Assembly: GCA_016936435.1 (NCBI GenBank)
Contig: JAFGXX010000001.1
Coordinates: 1 to 54,071 of the forward strand
Reading direction: 5' to 3'
DNA length: 54,071 bases
Origin: Bacteroidales bacterium
GTDB taxonomy: Bacteria; Bacteroidota; Bacteroidia; Bacteroidales; VadinHA17
The notes under the pieces are model-generated. The model saw only the letters and a list, made by a program, of their open reading frames with translations. It ran no database searches and had not been told where the DNA came from. The position numbers were made by a program, and so were the translations under genes. Position 1 is the first letter of the stretch, and each line of letters starts with the position of its first letter. Positions 1-9,228 of this stretch are shown piece by piece.

Positions 1-318
1 ACCAACCTGGTAAAAAATTCAATCGATGCCATGCCCGAAGGCGGGTCAATAAAAATTATCCTTGAAGACACCATCAGTGACGTCAGCATAACAGTAAGCG
101 ACACGGGAACAGGAATCAGGGAAGAAGACAGGTCCAAGATATTTGAACCCTTCTTTACAACCAAGGGACTCGGGAAAGGAACAGGTCTGGGGCTGGCAAC
201 AGCATATGGCATAGTAAAGATGCACAAAGGTCAGATCACCGTCGAATCAAACGATGATCCTGTCAAAGGACCTGCGGGGACAAGTTTTAAGATAGTACTG
301 CCAAGGAGAAAAGAGTAA
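1..318 (+). CDS. Sensor histidine kinase, C-terminal HATPase_c domain (5'-truncated by window edge)
   Basis: Frame 1 is open from base 1 ([12 protein letters not shown] box). It also has the G1 box DTGTGI, the F box IFEPFFTTK and the G2 box GTGLGL. Stop TAA ends at 318. Confidence 0.93.
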   Translation, partial: TNLVKNSIDAMPEGGSIKIILEDTISDVSITVSDTGTGIREEDRSKIFEPFFTTKGLGKGTGLGLATAYGIVKMHKGQITVESNDDPVKGPAGTSFKIVLPRRKE

Positions 319-350
319 TTTTTAACAAATTTTACGAACTTTACGGTGAA

Positions 351-746
351 ATGAAAAAAGGTGATTACACCATACTTATAGCTGATGATGATCCCGACTA
401 TCTTTTTCAGACCGTTTATGTCCTGAAAAAGGCAGGGTATAAAACCATCGCAGTTGAGAGCCAGGCGGAAGCAGAATCGGTGTTGTCGAAATTTAAACCC
501 GATCTGGCCATCTTTGACCTCATGATGGAAAATGATGACAGCGGTTTTATCCTTTGCTACCGGCTTAAAAGAAAATATCCCGAAGTCCCTGTAATCCTCG
601 CCACAGCTGTTGCAAGAGAGACAGGTATGTCATTCAGCCTCGACTCGGAAACGGAAAAATCATGGATCAGGGCCGACAGGTATCTCGAAAAGGGCATCAG
701 GGCTGATCAACTCGACCAGGAGATTATGAAACTGTTAAAACTGTAA
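351..746 (+). CDS. Single-domain response regulator (REC only)
   Basis: Acidic pocket ILIADDD, phospho-Asp in AIFDLMM, Thr in VILATA, Lys in YLEK. No output domain. Confidence 0.92.
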   Translation: MKKGDYTILIADDDPDYLFQTVYVLKKAGYKTIAVESQAEAESVLSKFKPDLAIFDLMMENDDSGFILCYRLKRKYPEVPVILATAVARETGMSFSLDSETEKSWIRADRYLEKGIRADQLDQEIMKLLKL

Positions 747-747
747 A

Positions 748-1884
748 ATGGGAGTGCTGAAAGTCCTGGTAATCGATGATGAACCCGGAATCCGCTCGGG
801 TGTAACCCGTATATTAAATAATTTTAAGGTTACCTATCCTTTTATGGATGAGGATTTTTCCTTTGAAGTAACGGAAGCCCCCACAGGAGAAGAAGGTATA
901 AGATTTATTGAGACCGATAAGCCCGACATCATATTGCTCGACAATAAACTTCCAGGTATTCAGGGAGTTGAGGTGCTTGAATATATACGTGAGAGAAAAT
1001 ATGACATCGTTGTTGCAATGATCACATCGTATGCTTCACTCGATGTCGCCATAAGGGCTACACGCGACGGAGCGACCGATTTTATTCCCAAACCCTTCAC
1101 TCCGCAGGAACTTAAATCGAGCATCGAAAATATTACTAAACAGCTGTATCTCCGTAAGGTAACCGACAGACTCAAACAGGAAGGTAAAAAGGTGAGATAT
1201 CAGTTTCTTTCGGTACTCTCACATGAACTTAAAGCACCACTTAATGCCCTGGAAGGATACCTCAGGATGATGCAGGAAAAACAGGCCGGCGACAGGATTG
1301 ACGACTATGCTGACCATATCGACAGGTCGCTCCAGCGGATACAGGGTATGAGAAACCTTATCATGGACCTTCTCGACTTCACCAAGATACGGCTGGAACG
1401 AAAGGAGGAGAAAATCCAGGAAGTTGACCTGGCTGAAGTAGCAAGAGCTGCAGTTGTTACAGTTCAGCCATATGCAATCCAGATGGAGGTCACGATAACC
1501 CTCGACATAAAGAACGAATCAAAATTAATGGCTGACCCTGAGGACATGGAGATCATTTTCAACAACCTTATCTCCAATGCGGTCAAGTACAATAAATTCG
1601 GGGGCAAAGCCGAAATAATGATCGACAGCACCGACAATGAAGTGTTCCTGGTTTTCAGTGATACCGGGATCGGTATTTCCGGGGCCGACAGGGAGAACCT
1701 CTTCAGGGAATTCATGAGAGTCAGGAATGAAAGGACAAAGCACATCTCAGGAAGCGGACTGGGATTATCAATTGTAAAAAAAGTTGTCGAACTTTATCAC
1801 GGGACTATCAAGGTTGACAGTACTCCTGATCTGGGAACCATGTTTACGATACGTCTGCCAAGGAAGCAATTTAATATATCTTAA
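748..1884 (+). CDS. Cytoplasmic hybrid response regulator/histidine kinase (REC-HisKA-HATPase_c)
   Basis: N-terminal REC (VLVIDDE, ILLDNKLP, FIPKPF), H box LSHELKAPL, N box NLISNAVKY, G boxes DTGIGI and GSGLGL. No transmembrane helix. Confidence 0.93.
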   Translation: MGVLKVLVIDDEPGIRSGVTRILNNFKVTYPFMDEDFSFEVTEAPTGEEGIRFIETDKPDIILLDNKLPGIQGVEVLEYIRERKYDIVVAMITSYASLDVAIRATRDGATDFIPKPFTPQELKSSIENITKQLYLRKVTDRLKQEGKKVRYQFLSVLSHELKAPLNALEGYLRMMQEKQAGDRIDDYADHIDRSLQRIQGMRNLIMDLLDFTKIRLERKEEKIQEVDLAEVARAAVVTVQPYAIQMEVTITLDIKNESKLMADPEDMEIIFNNLISNAVKYNKFGGKAEIMIDSTDNEVFLVFSDTGIGISGADRENLFREFMRVRNERTKHISGSGLGLSIVKKVVELYHGTIKVDSTPDLGTMFTIRLPRKQFNIS

Positions 1885-1891
1885 TATAACT

Positions 1892-2515
1892 ATGAAACTA
1901 CCGGGAAAAACTGTAGAGAGACTCAGCGAGTACAGAAGGACCCTTCTGGAATGTCTCAATGAAAAGAAAAATTTCATTTTTTCACATGATCTTGCGGCCC
2001 GACTGCAGATAACGGCGGTTCAGGTCCGACGCGACCTGATGCTGATAGGATATTCGTCTGTTCACCGGAAAGGTTATGATGTAAAAGATCTTATCGAAAA
2101 GATAAGTACCATAATAGATTCTGAATCAGGCCTTAATGTGGCTGTGATAGGGATCGGTAACCTTGGACGGGCAGTGGCAGGTTATTTTAAAGGTAAGAGA
2201 TCCAAACTCAATCTGGTAGCCTCATTTGATAATGACCCTCAAAAAGTGAACAAGGTTATTTCAGGAGTGAAATGCTATCCTCATTCTGAAATGGAAAAGA
2301 TCATAAAGGAACTCAATATAACCATAGCAATCCTTACGGTGCCCCCTGATTATGCAAGAGAGACTGCAGAAGAAGCTGTCAGATATGGCATAAGGGGGAT
2401 AATGAACTTCACCACCATCCCGCTCAATGTTCCCTCATGGGTATATCTTGAGGAATATGACATGATAACTTCTATCGAAAAAGTCGCATATTTCGTCAAG
2501 GAAAATATCCTTTAG
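1892..2515 (+). CDS. rex: Redox-sensing transcriptional repressor Rex (divergent)
   Basis: Winged-helix N-terminus (TVERLSEY, SHDLA, QVRRDL, GYDV) and Rossmann fold VIGIGNLGRA, AILTVP, GIMNFT. Start reassigned to ATG 1892 because the 1784 extension overlaps the kinase. Confidence 0.9.
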   Translation: MKLPGKTVERLSEYRRTLLECLNEKKNFIFSHDLAARLQITAVQVRRDLMLIGYSSVHRKGYDVKDLIEKISTIIDSESGLNVAVIGIGNLGRAVAGYFKGKRSKLNLVASFDNDPQKVNKVISGVKCYPHSEMEKIIKELNITIAILTVPPDYARETAEEAVRYGIRGIMNFTTIPLNVPSWVYLEEYDMITSIEKVAYFVKENIL

Positions 2516-2530
2516 TCATCCGGCTTTCTT

Positions 2531-3442
2531 ATGAGGATATTCAGTGGGTTTGAAAAGGTGGCGGAAATAAGGAATCCCGTTGTGACTACAGGTTCATTTG
2601 ACGGAGTCCATATCGGGCATAAAACAATTCTTAACAGGTTGAAAATGCTTGCCGGGAATTATGGTGGCGAATCGGTTCTAATCACCTTCCATCCTCATCC
2701 GAGGAAGATACTATACCCCGATACTGCAGGGAAAGATCTTAAAATGATCAATTCGAAGGAGGAAAAATTTGAACTCCTGCGGAAAGCAGGTCTGGATAAC
2801 CTTATTGTGGTAGAGTTTACAAAAGATTTTTCGAAAACGACAAGTGAAGAATTTGTCCGCGATTACCTTCACGGTATATTAAGGGCCAGAGTGGTGGTTG
2901 CAGGATTCAACCATCATTTCGGATTCAACAAGGAAGGCGATTACAGGCAACTGTGGGGATGGAGAGAAAAGTATAATTTCGAAGCAGAGGAGATACCCGA
3001 ACAGGAAGTATATAATGAAACAGTAAGCTCAACAAAGATACGTAAAGCTATAAGCGAAGGATATATTCAGAGAGCCAATGCATACCTCGACCATTATTAT
3101 ATGATAATGGGAGTTCCTGAGGATTACAATGCTTTTGCTGCTGTTCCCTTCCTGAAGGTTCCGCTGACGGATGAATGTAAGTTGCTGCCCGCTACAGGTA
3201 TATATGCTGTTACCGCCGTTGCAGGAGAAAAAATTGCAAAGGGTATGGTTGTCATAAACATGCTGCCCGGAGGTGACCAGGAAGTACTTCTTCATCTTCT
3301 TGAAGATCAGCCCGGCTTTAAAGGTGAAAGCATAAAACTATTGTTCCAGAAGATGATCCATGGAATGGTGATGTTTGACAGCATAAATGTTGTGCCTGAA
3401 CTCGAAAGGGCCAGGGCCGACATTAAAGAGCTCATATACTGA
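2531..3442 (+). CDS. FAD synthetase (FMN adenylyltransferase) RibF-like protein with a degenerate riboflavin-kinase domain
   Basis: GSFDGVHIGH (HxGH), TFHPHP, GFNHHFG and VSSTKIR are intact. The C-terminal part keeps LLPATGIYAV but lacks GRxIGFPTAN and the catalytic ExH. Confidence 0.85.
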   Translation: MRIFSGFEKVAEIRNPVVTTGSFDGVHIGHKTILNRLKMLAGNYGGESVLITFHPHPRKILYPDTAGKDLKMINSKEEKFELLRKAGLDNLIVVEFTKDFSKTTSEEFVRDYLHGILRARVVVAGFNHHFGFNKEGDYRQLWGWREKYNFEAEEIPEQEVYNETVSSTKIRKAISEGYIQRANAYLDHYYMIMGVPEDYNAFAAVPFLKVPLTDECKLLPATGIYAVTAVAGEKIAKGMVVINMLPGGDQEVLLHLLEDQPGFKGESIKLLFQKMIHGMVMFDSINVVPELERARADIKELIY

Positions 3443-3474
3443 TAAGGATCATGCCGGAAACCAGCAATATCTGT

Positions 3475-3482
3475 TAATTTTG
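3475..3482 (+). promoter_or_regulatory. Bacteroidota sigma-A -7 box (TAATTTTG) upstream of hydG
   Basis: Exact TAnnTTTG match ending about 24 nt before the hydG ATG. Confidence 0.55.
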
Positions 3483-3505
3483 TACCAGAAAAGAAAATAA
3501 TAATA

Positions 3506-4930
3506 ATGCGATTTAAACCTGAGAAACTTAGTATTCCGGATCAAAGAATGAAACCATTCATCGATCCTGATGAGATATGGAGATTCATTAATAATACCAA
3601 ACCCGACAAACAGAGGGTCAGAGACGTAATTGCAAGGTCGCTTGACAAGAACAGGCTCACCATGGAAGAGACCGCGGTACTTGTCAATTCCATGGGCACA
3701 GACCTGGAAGATGAGATACGCCATGGTGCAAAAGAACTCAAGGAGAAAGTATATGGCAACAGGATCGTACTCTTTGCACCTCTCTACGTAGGTAACAAAT
3801 GCACCAACAACTGCCAGTACTGCGGATTCAGGATATCTAATAAGGAAGCAGTGAGGAAAACACTTACCGATGATGAGATAGTAAGGGAGGTGGAGGCCCT
3901 AGAGGATAACGGCCAGAAAAGGCTTATCCTGGTCTATGGTGAACACCCCGAATACAGCCCTGAATACATAGCCCATACGGTACGCCTGGTTTACAACATC
4001 AAGAAAGACCATGGGGAGATCCGAAGAGTAAACATCAATGCTGCACCGCTTGATATAGAAGGATTCCGTACCGTCGGTGAAGCAGGAATAGGTACTTACC
4101 AGGTTTTCCAGGAAACATATCATCCCGAGGCATATAAATGGTATCATCTGGGAGGGAAAAAGAAAGATTACGAATGGCGCCTGACTGCTCTCGACAGAGC
4201 ACAGGAAGCAGGTATTGATGATGTCGGGATAGGAGCACTGTTCGGCCTCTACGACTGGCGTTTCGAGGTTCTCGCCCTGGTAAGACATACAAATCATCTT
4301 GAAGCATGCTATAATGTGGGACCTCATACAATATCATTCCCCAGGATCAAGGATGCTCTCAGCCTTAATATCGACGGAAGATACCAGGTAAGCGACGACG
4401 ATTTCAAAAAACTGGTTCCGATACTGCGTCTGGCAGTTCCTTATACAGGAATGATCCTGACGGCAAGGGAAACACCCGACGTGAGGAGAGAAGTTTTACA
4501 GTACGGTGTGTCTCAGATAGACGGAGGCACAAAACTTGAACTGGGTTCATATTCAGACTCAAGAAATGAGGAACAAAATCTTAACAGGGAACAGTTCAAA
4601 ATCAATGATTCAAGATCCCTTTCGGAAGTCATCGACGAACTGCTTGAAAATGATTATATCCCGTCATTCTGCACTTCGTGTTATCGCATGGGCAGGACAG
4701 GAGAACATTTTATGGAATTCTCTGTCCCCGGTTTCATCAAGCGTTTCTGTACTCCGAATGCCATACTGACCCTTTCGGAATACATCTGCGATTATGCAAC
4801 GGAACCCGTGGCTGAGAAGGGCTGGAAGGTAATTGAAAAGAACCTGAAGACACTCGACGAAAGCGTTGAAAAATCAACACGCGAAAAGATTGAACGGATA
4901 AAAAATGGTGAACGGGATCTATATTTCTGA
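3506..4930 (+). CDS. hydG: [FeFe]-hydrogenase H-cluster radical SAM maturase HydG
   Basis: YGNRIVLFAPLY, CTNNCQYC radical SAM motif, GEIRRVNINAAP, VGPHTISFPR, C-terminal CTSC-x22-C auxiliary cluster motif and GERDLYF end. Confidence 0.96.
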   Translation: MRFKPEKLSIPDQRMKPFIDPDEIWRFINNTKPDKQRVRDVIARSLDKNRLTMEETAVLVNSMGTDLEDEIRHGAKELKEKVYGNRIVLFAPLYVGNKCTNNCQYCGFRISNKEAVRKTLTDDEIVREVEALEDNGQKRLILVYGEHPEYSPEYIAHTVRLVYNIKKDHGEIRRVNINAAPLDIEGFRTVGEAGIGTYQVFQETYHPEAYKWYHLGGKKKDYEWRLTALDRAQEAGIDDVGIGALFGLYDWRFEVLALVRHTNHLEACYNVGPHTISFPRIKDALSLNIDGRYQVSDDDFKKLVPILRLAVPYTGMILTARETPDVRREVLQYGVSQIDGGTKLELGSYSDSRNEEQNLNREQFKINDSRSLSEVIDELLENDYIPSFCTSCYRMGRTGEHFMEFSVPGFIKRFCTPNAILTLSEYICDYATEPVAEKGWKVIEKNLKTLDESVEKSTREKIERIKNGERDLYF

Positions 4931-4978
4931 TTATTTACAGATAGAAAAGGAGCTAAATATCAGTTAATTAAAAGAAAA

Positions 4979-5497
4979 ATGATAAAGATACTCGGAATTA
5001 AGATAGTTGACAGGATAAGGGAAGCCGGCTTAACACAGGACATACTGTCAAAGTATGCCGGAGTGATAACAACGAGGCTCGGTTTTCATGAGGTGACCGA
5101 CAGCGTATGCAGCAGGGAAGCCTGTATGATCCTTCACCTCAGGGATGATGGGGAAGAGTCAGTTAGCCTGATAACAGAACTGGAACAACTTGGAGGGATA
5201 GTAATTAAACAGATGTTGTTCGACGATAGACCAGCAGCTTCAGCTGAATTTGAGGAACCGATAGCTTTAATCGGTATCCTTGTTCCCAAAGATCCCTCCA
5301 TCGTCAGGTCGGTCCAGAAGATCCTTACTTCATATGGATGTAATATAAGCACAAGACTTGGAGTGAACGAGACAATGTACGGAGAACCTGCAGGTCTGAT
5401 CATACTCGAACTCACCGGCGATCAGAAACAGAGAATGCTTCTTTACAGGGACCTGTCATCCATGAAAGGATTGATGGTGAAGAGTATAAGTTATTAA
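4979..5497 (+). CDS. TM1266-family iron-only hydrogenase system putative regulator, two tandem ACT-like domains
   Basis: Two copies of the motif Q.IL..Y...I.TRLG..E (QDILSKYAGVITTRLGFHE and QKILTSYGCNISTRLGVNE). Directly downstream of hydG. Confidence 0.75.
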   Translation: MIKILGIKIVDRIREAGLTQDILSKYAGVITTRLGFHEVTDSVCSREACMILHLRDDGEESVSLITELEQLGGIVIKQMLFDDRPAASAEFEEPIALIGILVPKDPSIVRSVQKILTSYGCNISTRLGVNETMYGEPAGLIILELTGDQKQRMLLYRDLSSMKGLMVKSISY

Positions 5498-5516
5498 AGT
5501 ATCTGCCTGTCTGTCT

Positions 5517-8057
5517 TTATATCACCTGTCCGAAAAACAGGGCATTAAGGAATATTTTCGATGACCCGTACCAGATAGCTCTGAAGTTGGTGTTATCGTA
5601 TATCGAAATTATATTCCGCCCGTGAATACTTGCAAACGGGGCGCCTTCAAGCCTCTTCAGGTTCTTTTCAGTACAATAACCGCTCAGAAGCGGTGAGGCG
5701 GCATATTTCACAGGGTTGTTATATATACCAGCATCTGGCTTCGCTATCTGGGTTCCCGATTTGAAAACAGGTAGCCGGTCTCTCGTATAACCGTAACACA
5801 GGGGATGAGTAAGATCCAGCCGGACTTCAAATATTGAACCGGGAATGCTGTTGGCTGCACTGTTGGCGGATCTGTCGGCATATACACCTGAAACTATATT
5901 CGACTCAGCAGACGAAACATATTGAATATCTGTCAGTTTGTTTCTTGCGAGCCAGCTGTTGCCTCCCTTGTAGCCGATTACGACACCACCTTCTCCTGTC
6001 CATCTCCTGATGTTCTCAACACCCGACTGTGATATAGAGGGAGAACCGGTGATTATTAATACGTTGTATTTGGAGATATTGGCTGAAGCGAATCTTGAAC
6101 TGTTTATCATGGTTACCGGGATATTGAACCTTGTATCAAGCATGTGCCATATTTCCCCGGCATCGCCGCCTGCCGCACCGTCGCCCACTATCATGGCAAC
6201 AGATGGTTTTTCGAGAACGGCAAAGCTTCCGCTTCCCAGATCCATACCTGTTTCCGTATATCCGGTGCTTACCCCGTATACCGTAAGACCACATTCTGCT
6301 GCAACTGACCTTATGAGTTCTTTCAGTTCGCTGCTGCCGGTTTTCTGACCCCCAACGGGGATCATTATTGTACCGTAGGAGAATTTGTGATTCAGTTCGT
6401 TATTGGCGAAGGCAAATTCCTTTTTTGCAACTTTGGCTACCACTCCTGCGTCGAGCAGGGTATAGAGAGCTTTTGGGGCAAGATATTCGTTCCATTCAAA
6501 CAGGTAGGCATAGGGTTCTGCAGATCCGGTAATTTTCCCTTCAACGACAGGACTGACATTTAGGATCGCGCCGCTAAGAGCTTCGGCTTCCTTTGTTGAT
6601 GAGAGGGCTGTAAACGGGATATTGAACGACATCGGAAGGTTCCAGGTCGAAATATCGTAGAAAGAACTGTCGGTAAATTCCTTTATTGGTTCGAAAAGGC
6701 TTCTTATAAACCTGTGCTCCGGCTGGTTCATCGGAACTATATAACTGTTGTCTGCACTGAATAGAATCCCATCCCTGGTGATATCTTTTTTCAAGGGATA
6801 TACTTTTATCCTGTGTCCCTGCAGTATCCTTATGAATTCTGATACTTTGTTCTTATCATCGGGGTCGGTAAACAGATAAGCCTTTACAGTATGTTTCGAA
6901 GCCTCTTCAAGAGCACTTTTATAGAAGTCTCTCTGGTGTTCCAGCAGCTTTTCCCTCATCTGTAATCCGGCCTCAAGGGTTGAAAGTGATACTGTTACCT
7001 GATTTCTTATGGCGAAGGGAAAGGAAAGCAAAAAACCTGGTGTCTCCCTCAGATGCCCTCTTACTCCTGCCTGTTCGAAAAGGATTCCGATAGAACCATG
7101 TATATCGGGGAATGATGAGCCTTTACCAAGGTAATAATCATCATAACCCTCTTCGGTGAAATAGAGGCTTCCTATCCTGTTAAGGTGTTTTTCGTGAAAT
7201 TTACCTATTTCTGCAGTAAGTTGCTGATTGACAGCGGGTGTTAAGGGGTTGTTCCTGCTCTGGATTCCGGGCATGTAGAAAAATGTGGCTGATGATCCCT
7301 GTTCATGATGGTCAGTATTAATATTGGGTCTCCAGCGGTAAAAAGCTTCGACTCTTCCCTTTGACTCCGGGTGCTGAAGCATGATATAATCGCGGTTGAG
7401 GTCGAACCAGTAATGATTTGTGCGGCCTCCCGGCCATGGTTCACTGAATTCCCATGAGTTCGGGTCAGGGTTATTGTTGAGGCTGCGTGCAAAGTTCACC
7501 CATGTTGAATGACGCTGGAAGCCGTCGGGGTTAAGGCAGGGATCGATCAGAATGACAGTTTTGGCCAGCAGATCGTCTATCTCTTTTCCTGTTGCGGCAA
7601 CCAGATAGTAGGCAACAACTGCTGATGAATTCGATGCACTCGACTCGTTTCCATGTATCCCGTATCCCAGTTTTATCACCAGGGGCATGGTTTTTAAATC
7701 TTTCTCTCCCGATTTGCCGGGATCTGAAAGTAACTGATGATCAAGCCGTATATTTTCCAGGTTTCTGATATTTTCGGGAGAACTGATTATCAGATGACCC
7801 AGGGGTCTTTTTTCATGGCTTCTCCCGTACTCCTCCCAGATAGCCCTGTCGGATACTTGTGCAAGTTCCATTATGTAAGCTACCAGCTTATCGTGGGAAA
7901 GGTGCCATTCCCCGACTTCATGTCCGAAAAATTCTGCAGGAGTTGTAACTGATTCGTCGAAATTTATATTTCCATTCAGGTAATAAGCGTTTGTAACCTG
8001 TGAAAAAGCCGGCATAATAAATGCGCTTAAAAGAAATGTGAACAGGATATTTTTCAT
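5517..8057 (-). CDS. Exported M14-family zinc carboxypeptidase
   Basis: Signal peptide, IHGNE zinc motif, LNPDG, GRTNHYWFDLNRD, DHHEQG, and a long C-terminal extension. Confidence 0.9.
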   Translation of the reverse strand: MKNILFTFLLSAFIMPAFSQVTNAYYLNGNINFDESVTTPAEFFGHEVGEWHLSHDKLVAYIMELAQVSDRAIWEEYGRSHEKRPLGHLIISSPENIRNLENIRLDHQLLSDPGKSGEKDLKTMPLVIKLGYGIHGNESSASNSSAVVAYYLVAATGKEIDDLLAKTVILIDPCLNPDGFQRHSTWVNFARSLNNNPDPNSWEFSEPWPGGRTNHYWFDLNRDYIMLQHPESKGRVEAFYRWRPNINTDHHEQGSSATFFYMPGIQSRNNPLTPAVNQQLTAEIGKFHEKHLNRIGSLYFTEEGYDDYYLGKGSSFPDIHGSIGILFEQAGVRGHLRETPGFLLSFPFAIRNQVTVSLSTLEAGLQMREKLLEHQRDFYKSALEEASKHTVKAYLFTDPDDKNKVSEFIRILQGHRIKVYPLKKDITRDGILFSADNSYIVPMNQPEHRFIRSLFEPIKEFTDSSFYDISTWNLPMSFNIPFTALSSTKEAEALSGAILNVSPVVEGKITGSAEPYAYLFEWNEYLAPKALYTLLDAGVVAKVAKKEFAFANNELNHKFSYGTIMIPVGGQKTGSSELKELIRSVAAECGLTVYGVSTGYTETGMDLGSGSFAVLEKPSVAMIVGDGAAGGDAGEIWHMLDTRFNIPVTMINSSRFASANISKYNVLIITGSPSISQSGVENIRRWTGEGGVVIGYKGGNSWLARNKLTDIQYVSSAESNIVSGVYADRSANSAANSIPGSIFEVRLDLTHPLCYGYTRDRLPVFKSGTQIAKPDAGIYNNPVKYAASPLLSGYCTEKNLKRLEGAPFASIHGRNIISIYDNTNFRAIWYGSSKIFLNALFFGQVI

Positions 8058-8133
8058 TGTTGTATGTGTTTAACTGGGATAGTATAAGGTTTTAAGGTTG
8101 AGATATGATCCATAATTGATGAAAGCCAGCGGC

Positions 8134-9219
8134 TCATATTGATCTTTTTCTTTTTTCATAATGCAATGTATCGCCCCATTCTCCGTATATTATCTCTGTA
8201 TCGACGAGGCTGACCCGGGCTTCAAGGCATCCCCTGCAGTCTTCTGCAGCTTCATCGGTGCAGGGTTTGTTGTTATAAAGCCTGTACGAGTCGCGATACT
8301 TGCCGGGAGTTATGTTCGGCATCAGGATATTGGCTCCAACTTTTATTGCCTTTTCCCTTCCCACCGGGTCGATGGCCTGTAAGGCAGTGGAAGCAACCAT
8401 GTTTATATCCTTCATCATGATCCTGAGTATGGCTATCATTTTAAGAGACAGATCGAAGCGCTCGGCAATTGGAAGCAGGAGGCCTGCGTGTTCCATCAAA
8501 GGAGTGTCAGGGTGTTCAATGTAAGGGCCCATTCCTGCCATATCGATGTCAAAGTCTCTCATGAAGATCAGATCGTCTGCAAGGTCAGAGGTGCTTTGAA
8601 AAGGAAGGCCTATCATGACTCCCGTACCTGTCTGATAGCCAATATCCTGAAGGCTGTGCAGGCATTCCAGCCGGCGGTCAAAACTGTGCTTTGCATTGTA
8701 AGGATGTATTTTTCTGTACAGTTCTCTTGATGAGGTCTCAATCCTTAGCAGATATCTGTGTGCCCCTGCTTCAAACCACCTTTTATATACTTCGGGTTTC
8801 TGCTCACCAGTTGAAAGTGTTATTCCCAGTTTGCCGCCCGACATTTTTTTTATTTCGAAGAGCAACTTTTCAACCCGCTTTGTAAAAGTGTCATTTTCTA
8901 ACTCGCCCGACTGAAGGGCTATTGAGCCGTAATTATTTTCGTAGGCAAATTTTGCTGCCGACAGTATCTCGCTGTCGCTGAGATTATATCTTTTAAGGTT
9001 TTTGTTCCCTTTTCTGATTCCACAGTAGTAACAGTCTTTGCCACAAATATTTGAGAACTCTATCAGACCGCGGAACCAGACTTTCTTCCCTATGTATTTC
9101 TCTTTAATTTCAGCCGCTTTGCGAAAAAGAAGTGTCCTGTCTTCATCTTTTGACTGAAGAAGCTTTACAATCTCATCTTTTGAAAGAGATTCCTTTTCAA
9201 GAATATCCTGCAGCTTCAT
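8134..9219 (-). CDS. hydE: [FeFe]-hydrogenase H-cluster radical SAM maturase HydE
   Basis: RGLIEFSNICGKDCYYCGIR, GAHRYLLRIET, GTGVMIGLP, GANILMPNITP, YRLYNNK and a C-terminal Cx7Cx2C (CTDEAAEDCRGC). Confidence 0.93.
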   Translation of the reverse strand: MKLQDILEKESLSKDEIVKLLQSKDEDRTLLFRKAAEIKEKYIGKKVWFRGLIEFSNICGKDCYYCGIRKGNKNLKRYNLSDSEILSAAKFAYENNYGSIALQSGELENDTFTKRVEKLLFEIKKMSGGKLGITLSTGEQKPEVYKRWFEAGAHRYLLRIETSSRELYRKIHPYNAKHSFDRRLECLHSLQDIGYQTGTGVMIGLPFQSTSDLADDLIFMRDFDIDMAGMGPYIEHPDTPLMEHAGLLLPIAERFDLSLKMIAILRIMMKDINMVASTALQAIDPVGREKAIKVGANILMPNITPGKYRDSYRLYNNKPCTDEAAEDCRGCLEARVSLVDTEIIYGEWGDTLHYEKRKRSI

Positions 9220-9228
9220 TACGGATCA

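Noticed and set aside
1784-1891. N-terminal extension of Rex
   Set aside because: It overlaps the hybrid kinase in another frame, and Rex similarity starts at ATG 1892.
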